DNA from: an uncultured Chloroflexia bacterium
GTDB lineage: Bacteria > Chloroflexota > Limnocylindria > Limnocylindrales > CSP1-4
Direction of reading: 5' to 3'
Assembly (NCBI GenBank): GCA_963752475.1
Contig: CAVVYR010000007.1
Coordinates: 224,001 to 288,000 of the forward strand
DNA length: 64,000 nt
How positions within the stretch are numbered: position 1 is the first letter of the stretch; every line of letters begins with the position of its first letter. Made by a program: the position numbers and the translations under genes. Shown here piece after piece: positions 50,266 through 63,109 of the stretch. The notes below the pieces were generated by a model. It ran no database searches and had not been told where the DNA came from. It was given only the letters and a program-made list of their open reading frames with translations.

Positions 50266-52056
50266 TCAGCGGGAAAGACCCGGATCCCTCTCGAGCAGGA
50301 TCTGGTCGAACAGCGCGAGCTGGAAGGCGGCCTTCTCGCGCTGGGCTTGGGGCAGACGCTCGTCGAGGGCCTGGTACGCGAAGAGCAGCCTCACCAGGTC
50401 CGTGGCCGTCGCCGGCTTGAAGGTGAGCTGCTCGTAGCCGGGGACCGGCAACTCGAGCGAAGGCTGGGTCGTGCCATCTGCGGCGGTGGGCTGGTCCGCT
50501 GAGGGATCGCCGCTGCCGGTCTTGCGGAACCACAGCAGGGGCGCGTCGGGGCCGCTGGCCGTGGCGCTGCCGAGCAGTCGGCCATCCTGGTCGAAGAACC
50601 GGTACTTCCCGTCGACCTCCTTCACCTGGTACCAGGTCGTCGGCGACAGCTCGCGTGTCTCGCCATCGTGTCGCACCGAGAACCCATCCCCCGCCTGGAC
50701 CCAGCGACGTCCCTGCTTGAGCTTCGTGTCGGGCGGTCCGTCGGAGGAGCCATCCGCAGCGGCGGGCACGTCCGCTGAGGGATCGCCGCTGCCGGTCTTG
50801 CGGAACCACAGCAGGGGCGCGTCGGGGCCGCTGGCCGTGGCGCTGCCGAGCAGTCGGCCATCCTGGTCGAAGAACCGGTACTTCCCGTCGACCTCCTTCA
50901 CCTGGTACCAGGTCGTCGGCGACAGCTCGCGTGTCTCGCCATCGTGTCGCACCGAGAACCCATCCCCCGCCTGGACCCAGCGACGTCCCTGCTTGAGCTT
51001 CGTGTCGGGCGGTCCGTCGGAGGTGATCTCCCACGGCTGGGGATCGTCGGACATGGCCGCGTCGGCCTCGAGGCCTTCAGGATCGAGCGCGTCAGCTTCT
51101 TCCGCTTCTTTCCGCCCGGCGTTCATACGATCCACGACCTCGCGGAGGCCCCCTGTCAAGAGCCACTCGAGCACCTTGTCGGGATCGACCAGGAGGGCGG
51201 CCAACACGACGATGAGCTCATCCGACGTCTCTCCTGAGGGTCGCGCGACCGAGACATCGTCCGGAGGGTCGTCAGTGACCTCGGCAGCATCGTCGTGCTC
51301 GGCAGCTTCGTCGGGCTCGGAGCTGCCACTGTCCGCTTCGGCGGCGTCGTGGGCCGAGGCATCAGCGGACGTGTCCTCGTAGGACGCGGGCGGCGCGACC
51401 ACGAAGCTGGAGACTCCCGTCGCCGGGTCCCAGTCGAATGTGCCGAGGACGCGCTGGTACTCGGGCGGCGCCATGTTGCCGGTGTAGACCGTGCCCTTGG
51501 GGGGCATGGGCACGCGATCCCTGATCGTCTCCACGGTCTCGCACGGGCCGCCAGCCTCGCACTGGGTGATGGTGACGGTGATGTCGAAGCCGCTGTGTCC
51601 GTAGACGGCGGCGAGACGACCCGCGTCGAGTTCCCCCGCTGCGTCTGAGTACATGCATGGTTCGCTGACCTCAGCCATCAGCGCGTACGTTCCGGGCCGT
51701 CGCTCGATAGGATAGCCGGACGGCAACTCAGCCTCAGTGAAGATGAGTGGCGGGTCCTCCCAGCAGACGTAGCGAGAACCGGGAACACAGCCGTTGGTGC
51801 GGTTGGTGGTCCCGTCGCCTGGCTCCGGTCCCCCTGGATGTGGGGCTCGCAGTGTCATGCGGATGGCGTCCTGCTCTTCCCACTCGAAGTCGATGAGAAC
51901 AGCCGGCAACTCGTAGGGCGGATCCGGCGGCACCTCAGGCTGTCCCGAACGACAGTCCCACTCCTCCATCGCAGCCAACGAGCCTCCGGCGGTCGACAGA
52001 AGCAGCGATAGGCCCAACGTGACCGTCGCCAAGGCTCGGCTCGCGTGTCCCCCCAT
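50266..52056 (-). CDS. Secreted hypothetical protein with an exact internal domain duplication
   Basis: Signal peptide; Cys-containing N-domain; two identical about 84-aa modules. Confidence 0.7.
   Translation of the reverse strand: MGGHASRALATVTLGLSLLLSTAGGSLAAMEEWDCRSGQPEVPPDPPYELPAVLIDFEWEEQDAIRMTLRAPHPGGPEPGDGTTNRTNGCVPGSRYVCWEDPPLIFTEAELPSGYPIERRPGTYALMAEVSEPCMYSDAAGELDAGRLAAVYGHSGFDITVTITQCEAGGPCETVETIRDRVPMPPKGTVYTGNMAPPEYQRVLGTFDWDPATGVSSFVVAPPASYEDTSADASAHDAAEADSGSSEPDEAAEHDDAAEVTDDPPDDVSVARPSGETSDELIVVLAALLVDPDKVLEWLLTGGLREVVDRMNAGRKEAEEADALDPEGLEADAAMSDDPQPWEITSDGPPDTKLKQGRRWVQAGDGFSVRHDGETRELSPTTWYQVKEVDGKYRFFDQDGRLLGSATASGPDAPLLWFRKTGSGDPSADVPAAADGSSDGPPDTKLKQGRRWVQAGDGFSVRHDGETRELSPTTWYQVKEVDGKYRFFDQDGRLLGSATASGPDAPLLWFRKTGSGDPSADQPTAADGTTQPSLELPVPGYEQLTFKPATATDLVRLLFAYQALDERLPQAQREKAAFQLALFDQILLERDPGLSR
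50494..51023. repeat. 254-bp direct repeat x2 (period 276 bp = 92 codons)
   Basis: 50494-50747 and 50770-51023 appear identical on reading. Confidence 0.9.
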
Positions 52057-52238
52057 GGACCAATGCTAGGACGCGGGGCAACCCCCGAGCCGGTCGGCGT
52101 CACCGAGGGCAGATCGTGGAGGTCTCGCCTAGTCGTCGGCGCCGGGCGCGGTGTAGCCAGAGCCCGACACGTTCCTTGCGGGAGATCGATGCGATCACGT
52201 GCCAACGACGCCACGGCAGAGGGTGCTACCGTCGAGCC

Positions 52239-53891
<1,653 letters not shown>

Positions 53892-53922
53892 TCAACCACG
53901 GCCGCGAGCCGCAGGAGGGAAC

Positions 53923-54393
53923 ATGGCAGAGGTCGGAGGCCGCACGTTCAGCCGCGTGCACCACGTGGCCTACATCGTGCGCGACATCGAGCAGTCCCTC
54001 GCGTTCTACCGGGATACGTTGGGCCTGACCGTGGGGCTCGTGCTGCCCATCGAGTCGGACGAGGTCATCGTGGCCTTCCTCGAGGTCGGTGAGACGAAGA
54101 TCGAGCTCGTGCAGCCGACCTCCGACACGACCGGCGTGGCGCGGTTCCTCGACAAGAAGGGGGAGGGCTTCCACCACGTCTGCTTCGAGACGCCCGACGT
54201 GGACCAGACCCTGGCCGATCTCGCGGCAAAGGGCATCGAGATCATCGACGAGCAGGCGCGCAAGGGGGCGGAGGGGCCGGTGGCGTTCATCCACCCGCGC
54301 TCGTGCAACGGCGTGCTCACCGAGCTCATCGAAGCACCGGGCGGCCCCGCCTGGGGCCGGCTGGGCTACGAGGGCGATCCGCTCGCACGGTAG
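53923..54393 (+). CDS. mce: Methylmalonyl-CoA epimerase
   Basis: HHVA, KIELVQP, KGEGFHH, FIHP...GVLTEL; follows the mutase. Confidence 0.92.
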   Translation: MAEVGGRTFSRVHHVAYIVRDIEQSLAFYRDTLGLTVGLVLPIESDEVIVAFLEVGETKIELVQPTSDTTGVARFLDKKGEGFHHVCFETPDVDQTLADLAAKGIEIIDEQARKGAEGPVAFIHPRSCNGVLTELIEAPGGPAWGRLGYEGDPLAR

Positions 54394-54411
54394 TGCCGTG
54401 CGACGCGCCGG

Positions 54412-55344
54412 TCACGTGCCGGGAGCGGTCATCTCCACATCGATGTGGTAGTCATCGCCAGTGCCTGGGGCGACTATCGAGATGGCGCGCGCAGGCTTCC
54501 CGGGCGAGCCGATCTCCGCATCGACGTAGTCGTTGCTATCGGACGTCCGGTCTCCGATGCTCGATTCGAAGCCCGGTCCGAATTCCACGTACTCGTCGTA
54601 CTTGCTGGTGCCGGTTCGGTACCAGTTGTGCCCGCCACCTGTACTCTGCAGCCGGATCGTGTCGGTTTCGACGTCGTACACGCTCGTCACCACATGCCAC
54701 TTCACGCCCCACTTCTCGAAGTCGGCGGCGCTGGTGGGGGTGAGCGTGGTGGGATAGCGGCCCATGACCACGAAGTCCCCGATCGAGACCACGCCATCGC
54801 CGTTGACGTCGGCGAGCTTGGCGATCATGACGTCGCCCTTGTCGAACCGCTGGTTGCGGTTCATGTCGCTGTAGGCCACCGCCAGCCACGGCACCGAGCC
54901 CAGCTCACAGGTCTCGATGGGGCCGCCGCCGGTGCCCTGGTAGCAGCCATCGATGCCGATGCCGCCACGCAGGGCATCGTTCTGCTGGCCTCCGAAGAGC
55001 ACGTCGTTGCCGGGATTGCCGAAGATGACGTCGCGTCCCCGGCCACCGAAGACCCGGTCGTTGCCCGGACCACCGATGATGCGGTCGTTGCCCCCGCCCC
55101 CGCAGATGATGTCGTTGCCGCCGCGCCCGAAGATGCGGTCGTTGCCACCGCGCGCGACGATGACGTCACCTCTGGCGGTGCCGCGGATGATCTCGCTCTT
55201 GCCGGTGCCCACGATGGTGGCGGTCTTGCCGCCGCACTTGGGCTTGGCCGCTGAGGCCGGGGCCGCCACCGAGGCTACCGCCAGCGATGACAGCAAGGCG
55301 GCAGACGTGACGATAGCGAGCGTCCGGCGGGTGATCGACGACAT
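54412..55344 (-). CDS. Secreted RTX/hemolysin-type Ca-binding repeat protein (paralog 2)
   Basis: TRRTL signal; GRGGND/GGPGND repeats; AGGAGG RBS. Confidence 0.85.
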   Translation of the reverse strand: MSSITRRTLAIVTSAALLSSLAVASVAAPASAAKPKCGGKTATIVGTGKSEIIRGTARGDVIVARGGNDRIFGRGGNDIICGGGGNDRIIGGPGNDRVFGGRGRDVIFGNPGNDVLFGGQQNDALRGGIGIDGCYQGTGGGPIETCELGSVPWLAVAYSDMNRNQRFDKGDVMIAKLADVNGDGVVSIGDFVVMGRYPTTLTPTSAADFEKWGVKWHVVTSVYDVETDTIRLQSTGGGHNWYRTGTSKYDEYVEFGPGFESSIGDRTSDSNDYVDAEIGSPGKPARAISIVAPGTGDDYHIDVEMTAPGT

Positions 55345-55373
55345 GAGCTTTCCTCCTGGCCGGTCGTGTGCAC

Positions 55374-55415
55374 GACCGTGGAGGAAATGTACAGGGCGTC
55401 GCTGAGGATTACCAG
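55374..55415 (-). promoter_or_regulatory. Conserved upstream element of the RTX paralogs
   Basis: CTGGTAAT-N16-TACATTTCCTC.ACGGTC. Confidence 0.6.
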
Positions 55416-55438
55416 CCTGGTTCCCGGTCGGTGGCGGC

Positions 55439-56053
55439 TCAGTCCGTCGATGGTCGGTCCGAGGGCTCGGTCCAGTCCCCGTTGAGGTAGTGGTCGATCA
55501 CGGGCGTGATGGCACGAACGACTTGGTCCACCGGAGTCGAGGCCAGGGGTTCGACGGCGACGACGTAGCGAGCCATGGCCATGCCCACGAACTGCGTCGC
55601 GATCATCGTCGCCCGCAGCTCCGCATGATCGGTCTCGATGGACTCCGCGAGCGGGGTCAGCACTCGCTCCGCGAGCACCACGCGCATGATCTCCGCGGCC
55701 TCGGGTTCAGATGCCGCGGCACGGACGACGGCCAGCGCGGCCCTGCGCGTGCCCAGGTCGTCGAGCGTGCCGACGAGACCCCGAGCCACCCGCTCGGCGA
55801 GCTCGTCGGGCGGTCCGTCGAAGGCTCGGGCGATGAAGGTGTCGGGATCGACCGGTAGTCGTATCGACTGCGTGAACAGCTCCTGCTTGGAGCCGAAATA
55901 GTGCGTCACCAGCCGAGCGTCGACACCCGCAGCCGATGCCACGCTACGCATCGTCGTACGTCCGTAGCCAGCGTCCGCGAACTGGTCGCGCGCAGCGTCG
56001 AGGATGGCCTCGCGGGTGTCGCTGCCCGCCGGGCGGGGTCCGCGCTTCTTCAT
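55439..56053 (-). CDS. TetR family regulator
   Basis: RGPRP..TREAILDAAR..GYGRTTMRSVA..AGVD..HYFGSK. Confidence 0.92.
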   Translation of the reverse strand: MKKRGPRPAGSDTREAILDAARDQFADAGYGRTTMRSVASAAGVDARLVTHYFGSKQELFTQSIRLPVDPDTFIARAFDGPPDELAERVARGLVGTLDDLGTRRAALAVVRAAASEPEAAEIMRVVLAERVLTPLAESIETDHAELRATMIATQFVGMAMARYVVAVEPLASTPVDQVVRAITPVIDHYLNGDWTEPSDRPSTD

Positions 56054-56065
56054 GGCACTTGCTTT

Positions 56066-56081
56066 TTCCACGTTCGTAGAA
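56066..56081. promoter_or_regulatory. Probable TetR operator
   Basis: TTCCACG-TT-CGTAGAA imperfect inverted repeat in the AT-rich divergent gap. Confidence 0.5.
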
Positions 56082-56120
56082 TAGCATTTCCCCACACGAG
56101 GAATAATCGAGGAGGCACGC

Positions 56121-57641
56121 ATGGCAGCACCGACCACAGCGGAACTGACACCGCGCCAACGCCGGCTCGTGCTGGCGACGGTCGCGCTGTCGCTGATGGC
56201 CGTGGTCTCGGCCGTGGCCGGCCTCAACGTGGCGCTGCCCAGTCTGGCCGTGGACACCGGTGCGTCGCAGACGCAGCTGACCTGGATCGTCGACTCGTAC
56301 ACCGTCGTCTTCGCCGGGCTGCTGCTCATCGCCGGCGCGCTGGGCGACCGCTACGGACGCAAGCTGCTGCTGACGGTGGGTTTGCTGGTCTTCGGCGGGG
56401 CTGCGGCCATGGGCTTGTTCGTCACCGAACCCGACCAGCTCATCGCGGTGCGCATGGTCATGGGCGTCGGTGCGGCGGCGATCATGCCTACCACGCTCTC
56501 GGTCATCACCACCTCGTTCCCCGAGGAGGAGCGGGGACGTGCCATCGGCGTCTGGGTCGGCATCGCCGGTGGCGGGGCGATCATCGGCCTCGTCGTCACC
56601 GCGCTCCTGCTCGAGTGGTTCAGCTGGTCGTCGTTCTTCGGGCTCAACGTGGCCTTCGCGGCCGTCGGCCTCATCGGCACGCTGACGGTGGTCCCGCCGT
56701 CGGTCGACAAGGAGCCGCCGGCGCTCGATGTGGTCGGCGCGATCCTCTCGTTCGTGGCGATCGGCGCATTCGTCTTCGGGATCATCGAGGGACCGGAGCG
56801 AGGCTGGACAGACCCGCTGACGTTCGGTCCCATCGTCGTCGGAATCGTGGCCGGCATCGGCTTCATCCTGTGGGAGCTGCGCCTGGAGCATCCGCTGCTC
56901 GATCCGCGCCTCTTCCGGCTCCGCGGGTTCAGCGCCGGCAGTCTCACGCTGATCGTGCAGTTCATGGCCTCGTTCGGCTTCTTCTTCGTCGTCCTGCAGT
57001 ACCTGCAGTTCGTGACCGGCCGCTCACCACTGGAGGCGGCCCTGGCGATGCTACCGCTGCCGTTCGTGCTCATCCCGACGGCGCGCAACGCGCCCAAGAT
57101 CGCCGCCAAGATCGGGTTCAACCGCACCGGCCCCATCGGCCTGCTCGCGACGGCGGTCGGCTTCTTCATCCTCAGCCAGCTGCAGGTCGACTCGGGCTAT
57201 CTGCACTTCGTCATCGGCCTGCTCTTCTTCGGCTTCGGCATGGGCCTCGCCGGCACCCCAGCAACGACCGCCATCACAGCCTCCCTCCCGATGACGAAGC
57301 AGGGCGTGGCTTCGGCCTGGAATGACACGGCCCGGGAGCTCGGCAGCGCCTTCGGTATCGCCATCCTCGGCAGCATGCTCAACCAGGGCTATCGCGACGG
57401 CATGGCGCGGGTCGTGGCCGATCTGCCCGAGCAGGTCGCCGAGCGCATGATGAGCTCGATCGCCTTCACGGCCTCACCGATCGTGGGCATGATGGGCGAG
57501 GAAGGGGAGCGTCTCGTCGAGCAGGCACGCGAGGCTTTCGTCGGCGGCGTGGGCGATGCGGTGCTCACGGCCTCCATCATGCTTCTCGCGGCGGCCGTCG
57601 TCGTGGCCGTCGTGGCACCCCGTGCGAAGCGAGCTGCGTGA
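56121..57641 (+). CDS. MFS efflux transporter (DHA2, 14-TM)
   Basis: LNVALP, WIVDSY, GALGDRYGRK, MPTTLS, E.PLLD.RLF. Confidence 0.92.
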   Translation: MAAPTTAELTPRQRRLVLATVALSLMAVVSAVAGLNVALPSLAVDTGASQTQLTWIVDSYTVVFAGLLLIAGALGDRYGRKLLLTVGLLVFGGAAAMGLFVTEPDQLIAVRMVMGVGAAAIMPTTLSVITTSFPEEERGRAIGVWVGIAGGGAIIGLVVTALLLEWFSWSSFFGLNVAFAAVGLIGTLTVVPPSVDKEPPALDVVGAILSFVAIGAFVFGIIEGPERGWTDPLTFGPIVVGIVAGIGFILWELRLEHPLLDPRLFRLRGFSAGSLTLIVQFMASFGFFFVVLQYLQFVTGRSPLEAALAMLPLPFVLIPTARNAPKIAAKIGFNRTGPIGLLATAVGFFILSQLQVDSGYLHFVIGLLFFGFGMGLAGTPATTAITASLPMTKQGVASAWNDTARELGSAFGIAILGSMLNQGYRDGMARVVADLPEQVAERMMSSIAFTASPIVGMMGEEGERLVEQAREAFVGGVGDAVLTASIMLLAAAVVVAVVAPRAKRAA

Positions 57642-57702
57642 CCACCAGGCGCCGTCACGCGGCTCGCGTCAGGCGGTTCGCGCCTGGAGATGCTTGTGGT
57701 CG

Positions 57703-57969
57703 TCAGCCGCCGGCAGCCATCAGCATCATGCCCAGCAAGCTGACGACGGCGCAGCCGACGACGATCACGAAGGATCGCCCGCGGGAGATGTGGTCGTGAT
57801 GGACCACGAACTGCATCGTGGGCGTCTCGAACTCCGTACCGCGATAGCGATCGACGAACGACTCCTGGCGAGGGGTCTCGCGATAGGAGCGGTTGACCGT
57901 GGTCGATGCCTGTGACTTGGCCTCGGTGATGCGCGTCAACAGCGATGGTCGAGAGGTCATTCGGTTCAT
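57703..57969 (-). CDS. Possible small protein with C-terminal TM anchor
   Basis: AAGGGG RBS; C-terminal hydrophobic helix. Confidence 0.45.
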   Translation of the reverse strand: MNRMTSRPSLLTRITEAKSQASTTVNRSYRETPRQESFVDRYRGTEFETPTMQFVVHHDHISRGRSFVIVVGCAVVSLLGMMLMAAGG

Positions 57970-58212
57970 GTGGTCGAAGCCCCTTGTGATCGGAGAGGGT
58001 GGAGCCTCGAGGGCTCTGGATGAAGGGTGACCCGGGATGCCACAGTTGTAGCAGCAGGTCGCTGTCGAGGTAAGTCCCACTAACCGCAGCCAACCGCGTC
58101 GCACCGCCCGATCCGTTGGGACCATCGAGCCCGGACCGGTTACTTCTGCTGACCGGCGGACCGTCGCGTGCACCGGCCCACCTGTCCCAGCCCCGCTACC
58201 CCAGCAGCCTGG

Positions 58213-58228
58213 ACGGGTCATGACCCGT
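58213..58228. promoter_or_regulatory. Perfect 16-bp palindrome in a divergent intergenic region
   Basis: ACGGGTCATGACCCGT. Confidence 0.4.
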
Positions 58229-58298
58229 AGGGAACGACCCTCCGGTTACCAAGCGGCCATGGCAGGGTGTCGACCGCCAGCGGAGGCTGCGCGGTCAG

Positions 58299-58853
58299 AT
58301 GCAACCTGCCACCTTGAGCCTCGTCCTCGAACCCCAGGCCGAGGACATCCACGAGCCTGACTACTCCGCCTACGCCCCGCTCGTGCGGTTCGAGGCCTTC
58401 CTCGCGGCGCAGCGGCTGTTCGGCTGGGTACGTCTCGACGCCGATCGCCTCACCGATCTGCTCAACTTCCACGACCTCGTCGGACTATCGAACGCACTCG
58501 TGGAGGAGAGTCGAGACGGCTCGGTGGTCCTGACTGACGAGACGCTCATCCCGACGTCGGAGATCGTCGCGGTCGTCGCAAGCGGGCCCCGAGGTGACCC
58601 GTCGCGTCGAGTCGAGACCCGCGTGCATCCAGTCCTCGTCGAATCCGGCGTCTACCGCGTCGGCGGCCTGCTCCACGCCCCGCCCGGCGTAGACCCGGCG
58701 GACCGCTTGCGCAACGGCGACCACATGGTCCCGCTGACCGAGGCCTGGCTGGAGTATCCGTGGGGTGAGCGGAGCCGACGCGACGCCCGCTCGACGGTCA
58801 TCGTCAACCGGCGGGTGGCGACCAGCTTCGAGGTCCTCCGCTCGATCTCGTAG
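58299..58853 (+). CDS. Hypothetical protein (two related beta-rich halves, DUF6812-like)
   Basis: RLTDLLN and YRVGGLLH..VPLTEA..VIVNR. Confidence 0.6.
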   Translation: MQPATLSLVLEPQAEDIHEPDYSAYAPLVRFEAFLAAQRLFGWVRLDADRLTDLLNFHDLVGLSNALVEESRDGSVVLTDETLIPTSEIVAVVASGPRGDPSRRVETRVHPVLVESGVYRVGGLLHAPPGVDPADRLRNGDHMVPLTEAWLEYPWGERSRRDARSTVIVNRRVATSFEVLRSIS

Positions 58854-58862
58854 CGTGCGAGG

Positions 58863-60281
58863 CTAGTCCCGGGAACGGCGGCTGAGCTTCTCGCCGGGCA
58901 TGGCCTCGAACCGGCCGCCCGATCGATGGTCGGAGCCTTGGCGCCTGGCGCCGTTTCGCTTGGCGCTGCCGTTGCTGGACCAGCGGCGCTTGCCGCCGTT
59001 GCCCGCCTTGGCCTCGTAGCGGGCACCATCACGGCCGCCGCTCTGTGGCTGTGACCGCTGCCCTGCGTCCGGCTGATTCGGGCGCTTCTTGCTGCGGTTG
59101 CGGCCACGCTTGGGCTGGCTTGGCGACGCCACCTTGACCTGCAGCTTGAAGCTGGGCTCGAAGCCGTCCACGACCTCGCGATCGATGGGCTTCTTGAGCA
59201 GCTTCTCGATGGCGCCCATGAGCTCCTGCTCCTCGACGCCGACGAGCGAGGTGGCGGTGCCCTCCAGCCCGGCGCGGCCGGTGCGACCGATGCGGTGGAC
59301 GTAGTCCTCGGGCACGTTGGGCAGCTCGTAGTTGACGACGTGGGGGAGGGCCTCGATATCCAGGCCGCGAGCGGCGATGTCGGTCGCGACGAGGACCTGC
59401 GACTTGCCGTTCTTGAAGGCGGTCAGGGCTCGGACTCGCTGTGACTGGCTCTTGTTGCCATGGATGGCGGCGGCATCGATGCCGGCCTTGCCCAGCTGCT
59501 CGGCGAGGCGGTTGGCACCACGCTTCGTGCGCGTGAACACGAGCGCCTGCTCGGAACTGCGCCTGCGTAGCATGTGCGCGAGCAGGTGTCGCTTCTGGTT
59601 CTTGTCGACCGGATGGACGACCTGGCGGATGGGTGCGGCGGTGGCGTTTCGCGGCGCGACGTCGATCGACACCGGGTCGTTCAGCAGGTCCTCGGCCAGC
59701 CGGCGGATGCGGGGCTCGAAGGTGGCGCTGAAGAGCAGGCTCTGGCGCTCGGTCGGCAGCAGCTGCAGGATGCGCTTGATGTCGTGGATGAAGCCCATGT
59801 CGAGCATGCGATCGGCCTCGTCCAGGACCAGGATCTCGACCCCGCCCAGATCGATCGTGCCCTGGCGGACGTGGTCGAGCAGGCGGCCCGGGGTGGCCAC
59901 CACGACATCGACGCCGTGGCGCAGGGCGCGGACCTGGCGGTCCATGCGCATGCCGCCGAAGATGGCCGCCGAGCGGACGGGCCGATGCGCCCCGTAGGTG
60001 CGGACGGAGGCCTCGACCTGGAGCGCGAGCTCACGGGTCGGCACGACGACGAGAGCGCGGACCCGGCGGGGACCCTTGCTGCGCGTCGCGTGGAGCGTCT
60101 GCAGCATCGGCAGCACGAAGGCCGCGGTCTTGCCGGTGCCGGTCTGCGCGCCGGCGAGGAGGTCTCGGCCGGTGAGGATGGCGGGGATGGCCTGCGCCTG
60201 CACGGGCGTCGGCTCGGTGTAGCCCTGGTCCGCGATGGCACGCAGGGATTCGGGCCGCAGCCCAAGGGTATCGAAGGTCAA
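58863..60281 (-). CDS. DEAD-box RNA helicase (RhlE-like)
   Basis: [34 protein letters not shown]; basic tail. Confidence 0.95.
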   Translation of the reverse strand: MTFDTLGLRPESLRAIADQGYTEPTPVQAQAIPAILTGRDLLAGAQTGTGKTAAFVLPMLQTLHATRSKGPRRVRALVVVPTRELALQVEASVRTYGAHRPVRSAAIFGGMRMDRQVRALRHGVDVVVATPGRLLDHVRQGTIDLGGVEILVLDEADRMLDMGFIHDIKRILQLLPTERQSLLFSATFEPRIRRLAEDLLNDPVSIDVAPRNATAAPIRQVVHPVDKNQKRHLLAHMLRRRSSEQALVFTRTKRGANRLAEQLGKAGIDAAAIHGNKSQSQRVRALTAFKNGKSQVLVATDIAARGLDIEALPHVVNYELPNVPEDYVHRIGRTGRAGLEGTATSLVGVEEQELMGAIEKLLKKPIDREVVDGFEPSFKLQVKVASPSQPKRGRNRSKKRPNQPDAGQRSQPQSGGRDGARYEAKAGNGGKRRWSSNGSAKRNGARRQGSDHRSGGRFEAMPGEKLSRRSRD

Positions 60282-60593
60282 GGAAGCTCCTGACGGGGCC
60301 CGCCCGCGACGACGCGGGGCCGGTCAGGGCGTAAGGACTCGGGGGATGGTCTTAGGGAAACCAAGGCGCGGACCGGAGGCGCCCGTCGAGGTGAGTCCTG
60401 ACTATAGCGCACTCACCGACTTTCCCTTTCTCGCGACCGCAGTCGAGCACAGGCTCGACCGGACTCGGAGACCAGGCGTAGTTCCGGCGGACGTTGTCGA
60501 CAGACTCGCCCGGCGACCGCGGGCATTGGAAAGGGCAGTCCGGCACTTGTGCGCTGTCGTACTGCGGAGCATCCTGAGACTTGGAGGTCGATC

Positions 60594-60764
60594 ATGCTCA
60601 CCGGAGTCGCCCTGATCGTCATCGTGTTGGTGGGGCCGTATGTGCTCTGGAAGGGCTGGCTGAGGCTGTATCCCGGCATCTCGCTGCGGCAGGACTACGG
60701 CATCCAGGGTGGTTGGTTCGGGGCCAGGGCCTTCATCGAGCGCCTGCGCTCCGCGACCCGCTGA
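60594..60764 (+). CDS. 56-aa small membrane protein
   Basis: GGAGG RBS; N-terminal TM helix. Confidence 0.5.
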   Translation: MLTGVALIVIVLVGPYVLWKGWLRLYPGISLRQDYGIQGGWFGARAFIERLRSATR

Positions 60765-60860
60765 AACCGGACTGGGTGCGGTCTGTCAACAACGTGTCCG
60801 GGAGCTTCAGTTGGGCTCGCCCACGTACGATGGGCCCAACGGCGTCATCGCGGCGGTGGC

Positions 60861-61748
60861 TCAGTCGGGCTTGATGCCGACCTCGATGAGCATCTGCGGG
60901 ATCTGGGTCGGTGACTCGGCGACGCGGATGCCGGCTGCCTCGAGGGCGGAGATCTTGCCTTCCGCGGTGCCACCGGAGCCGCTGATGATGGCGCCGGCGT
61001 GGCCCATGCGCCGACCCGGAGGCGCCGTGCGGCCGGCGATGAACGCGACCATCGGCTTGTCCGGCATGTGCGCCGCCTTCCACTCGGCCGCGGCTTCCTC
61101 TGCCCCGCCGCCGATCTCACCCATGAGCACGACCGCGTCGGTGTCAGCGTCGCCCTTGAAGAGCTCGAGCATGTCGATGAAGTCCGAGCCGTTGACCGGG
61201 TCGCCGCCGATGCCGACGCAGGTGGACTGGCCGATGTCCATGTCGGTCATGGCCTGCACGACCTCGTAGGTCAGCGTGCCCGAGCGGCTCACCAGCCCGA
61301 CCCGGCCCGGCCGATGGATCGATCCGGGGATGATGCCGACCTTGGCCTCACCCGGTGTCGTCGCGCCAGGGCAGTTGGGCCCGACGAGGCGAGCGCCGCG
61401 AGCGGCGACCTCGTGCACCACGGGGATCATGTCCAGCGCCGGGATGTGCTCGGTGATGGCGAAGATCGTCTCGATCCCCGCATCGACCGCCTCCATGATC
61501 GCGTCAGGCGCGGCGAACGCCGGCACGAAGATGACCGATGCGTTGGCCCCGGTCGCGTCGACCGCCCGCGCGCAGGTGTCGAACACCGGCACGGCGCCAT
61601 CGAGCGCGGTCTGGCCGCCCTTCCTGGGCGTCACACCGGCGACGACGTTGGTGCCATAGGCCAGCATCTGGCTGGCGTGGAAACCACCTTCGCGCCCGGT
61701 GATGCCCTGGACGATGAGGCGCGTGTCCTTGTTCACGAGGATGCTCAT
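60861..61748 (-). CDS. sucD: Succinyl-CoA synthetase alpha subunit
   Basis: [27 protein letters not shown]. Confidence 0.97.
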   Translation of the reverse strand: MSILVNKDTRLIVQGITGREGGFHASQMLAYGTNVVAGVTPRKGGQTALDGAVPVFDTCARAVDATGANASVIFVPAFAAPDAIMEAVDAGIETIFAITEHIPALDMIPVVHEVAARGARLVGPNCPGATTPGEAKVGIIPGSIHRPGRVGLVSRSGTLTYEVVQAMTDMDIGQSTCVGIGGDPVNGSDFIDMLELFKGDADTDAVVLMGEIGGGAEEAAAEWKAAHMPDKPMVAFIAGRTAPPGRRMGHAGAIISGSGGTAEGKISALEAAGIRVAESPTQIPQMLIEVGIKPD

Positions 61749-62920
61749 GCGGCACCTCCCGCCAGCTCGACGGCCTTCTCGACCGCTTCATCGAGCGTCT
61801 CGGCGGTGACGATGTCCGCGCCCGAGTCGGCGAGGATCTCCGCCGCGATATCCGCGTTGGTGCCGACGATGCGCACGACCATGGGCACCGAGCGAGTCTG
61901 CTTCTCTCGGGCCTCGACAAGTCCACGGGCGACCTCATCGCCACGGGCGATGCCGCCGAAGATGTTCACGAGGATGGCCTTCACGTTCTGATCCGTGAGG
62001 ATGAGGCGCATGGCTTCGGCCACCTTGTCCGACCGAGCACCGCCACCGATATCGAGGAAGTTGGCCGGTTCGCCGCCGGCGCGCTTGACGAGGTCCATGG
62101 TGGTCATGGCCAGGCCAGCCCCGTTGACCATGCAGCCGATGTTGCCGTCGAGCCGGATGAACGAGAGGTTCGCCTCGCGCGCGGCCACGTCCGTGGGGTC
62201 CTCCTCGTCGAGGTCGCGCATCTCCTCGTGGCCCGGATGCCGGCCCAGCGCGGAGTCATCGAGGGTGATCTTGGCGTCGAGCAGCTGCAGCGTCTCGACC
62301 GGCCCATCGGGGCCATCCTCGCGCACGACCGCGAGCGGGTTGATCTCGACGAGGTCCGCATCCTCGTCGATCGCCACCTGCACGAGCCCGGCGCAGATGG
62401 CTGTTGCCTGCCTGAGGTGGTCGCCGAGCCCCAGTGCGAAGGCCATCTCGCGTGCCTGGAACGGCTGCAGGCCCAGCTGTGGATGAGCGTGGACCTTGGC
62501 GATGGCGTCGGGGTCCTCCTCCGCCAGCGTCTCGATCTCGACGCCGCCTTCGGCGGAGCCCATGAGCATGATGCGCTGCTCGGTGCGGTCGAGGACCGCC
62601 GCGAGGTAGAGCTCACGCACGATGTCCGCGCCGGGCGCGACGAGCACGCGGCGGACGGTGATGCCCTTGATGTCCATGCCGAGGATGGCTTCGGCCGCGG
62701 CCTCTGCCTCTTCGGCCGAACGGGCCAGCTTGACCCCGCCGGCCTTGCCACGACCGCCGACGAGCACCTGCGCCTTGACCACGACCGCGGACGAGCCGCC
62801 CTCGAGGTAGGACGCAGCCTGCTCTCGAGCTTCGGCCGAAGTGCCGGCGACCGAGTAGGCGGGAACGGGTAGCCCAGCTCGTTGGAGCAGGGACTTGGCG
62901 TGGAATTCTTGTAGTTTCAT
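61745..62920 (-). CDS. sucC: Succinyl-CoA synthetase beta subunit
   Basis: [45 protein letters not shown]. Confidence 0.97.
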   Translation of the reverse strand: MKLQEFHAKSLLQRAGLPVPAYSVAGTSAEAREQAASYLEGGSSAVVVKAQVLVGGRGKAGGVKLARSAEEAEAAAEAILGMDIKGITVRRVLVAPGADIVRELYLAAVLDRTEQRIMLMGSAEGGVEIETLAEEDPDAIAKVHAHPQLGLQPFQAREMAFALGLGDHLRQATAICAGLVQVAIDEDADLVEINPLAVVREDGPDGPVETLQLLDAKITLDDSALGRHPGHEEMRDLDEEDPTDVAAREANLSFIRLDGNIGCMVNGAGLAMTTMDLVKRAGGEPANFLDIGGGARSDKVAEAMRLILTDQNVKAILVNIFGGIARGDEVARGLVEAREKQTRSVPMVVRIVGTNADIAAEILADSGADIVTAETLDEAVEKAVELAGGAA

Positions 62921-63109
62921 GCTCGTGCTCGAGGATAGCGTGACCAAGCAGGGCCCGTGGAGGCGGCACGGTGACACATGGGTCGCAAGTCAAGCACCGG
63001 TGATGCGTTACATTGACTGGCACCGTCCACCGCCCGAACGATCGACACCGCAAGGGGAACACAGGACAGCGATGACGCCCGCGCCCATGAAGCAGCCAGA
63101 CCGCCGCCC

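Noticed and set aside
57970-58298. Riboswitch in the long divergent intergenic region
   Set aside because: No recognisable aptamer consensus by eye; only a 16-bp palindrome.
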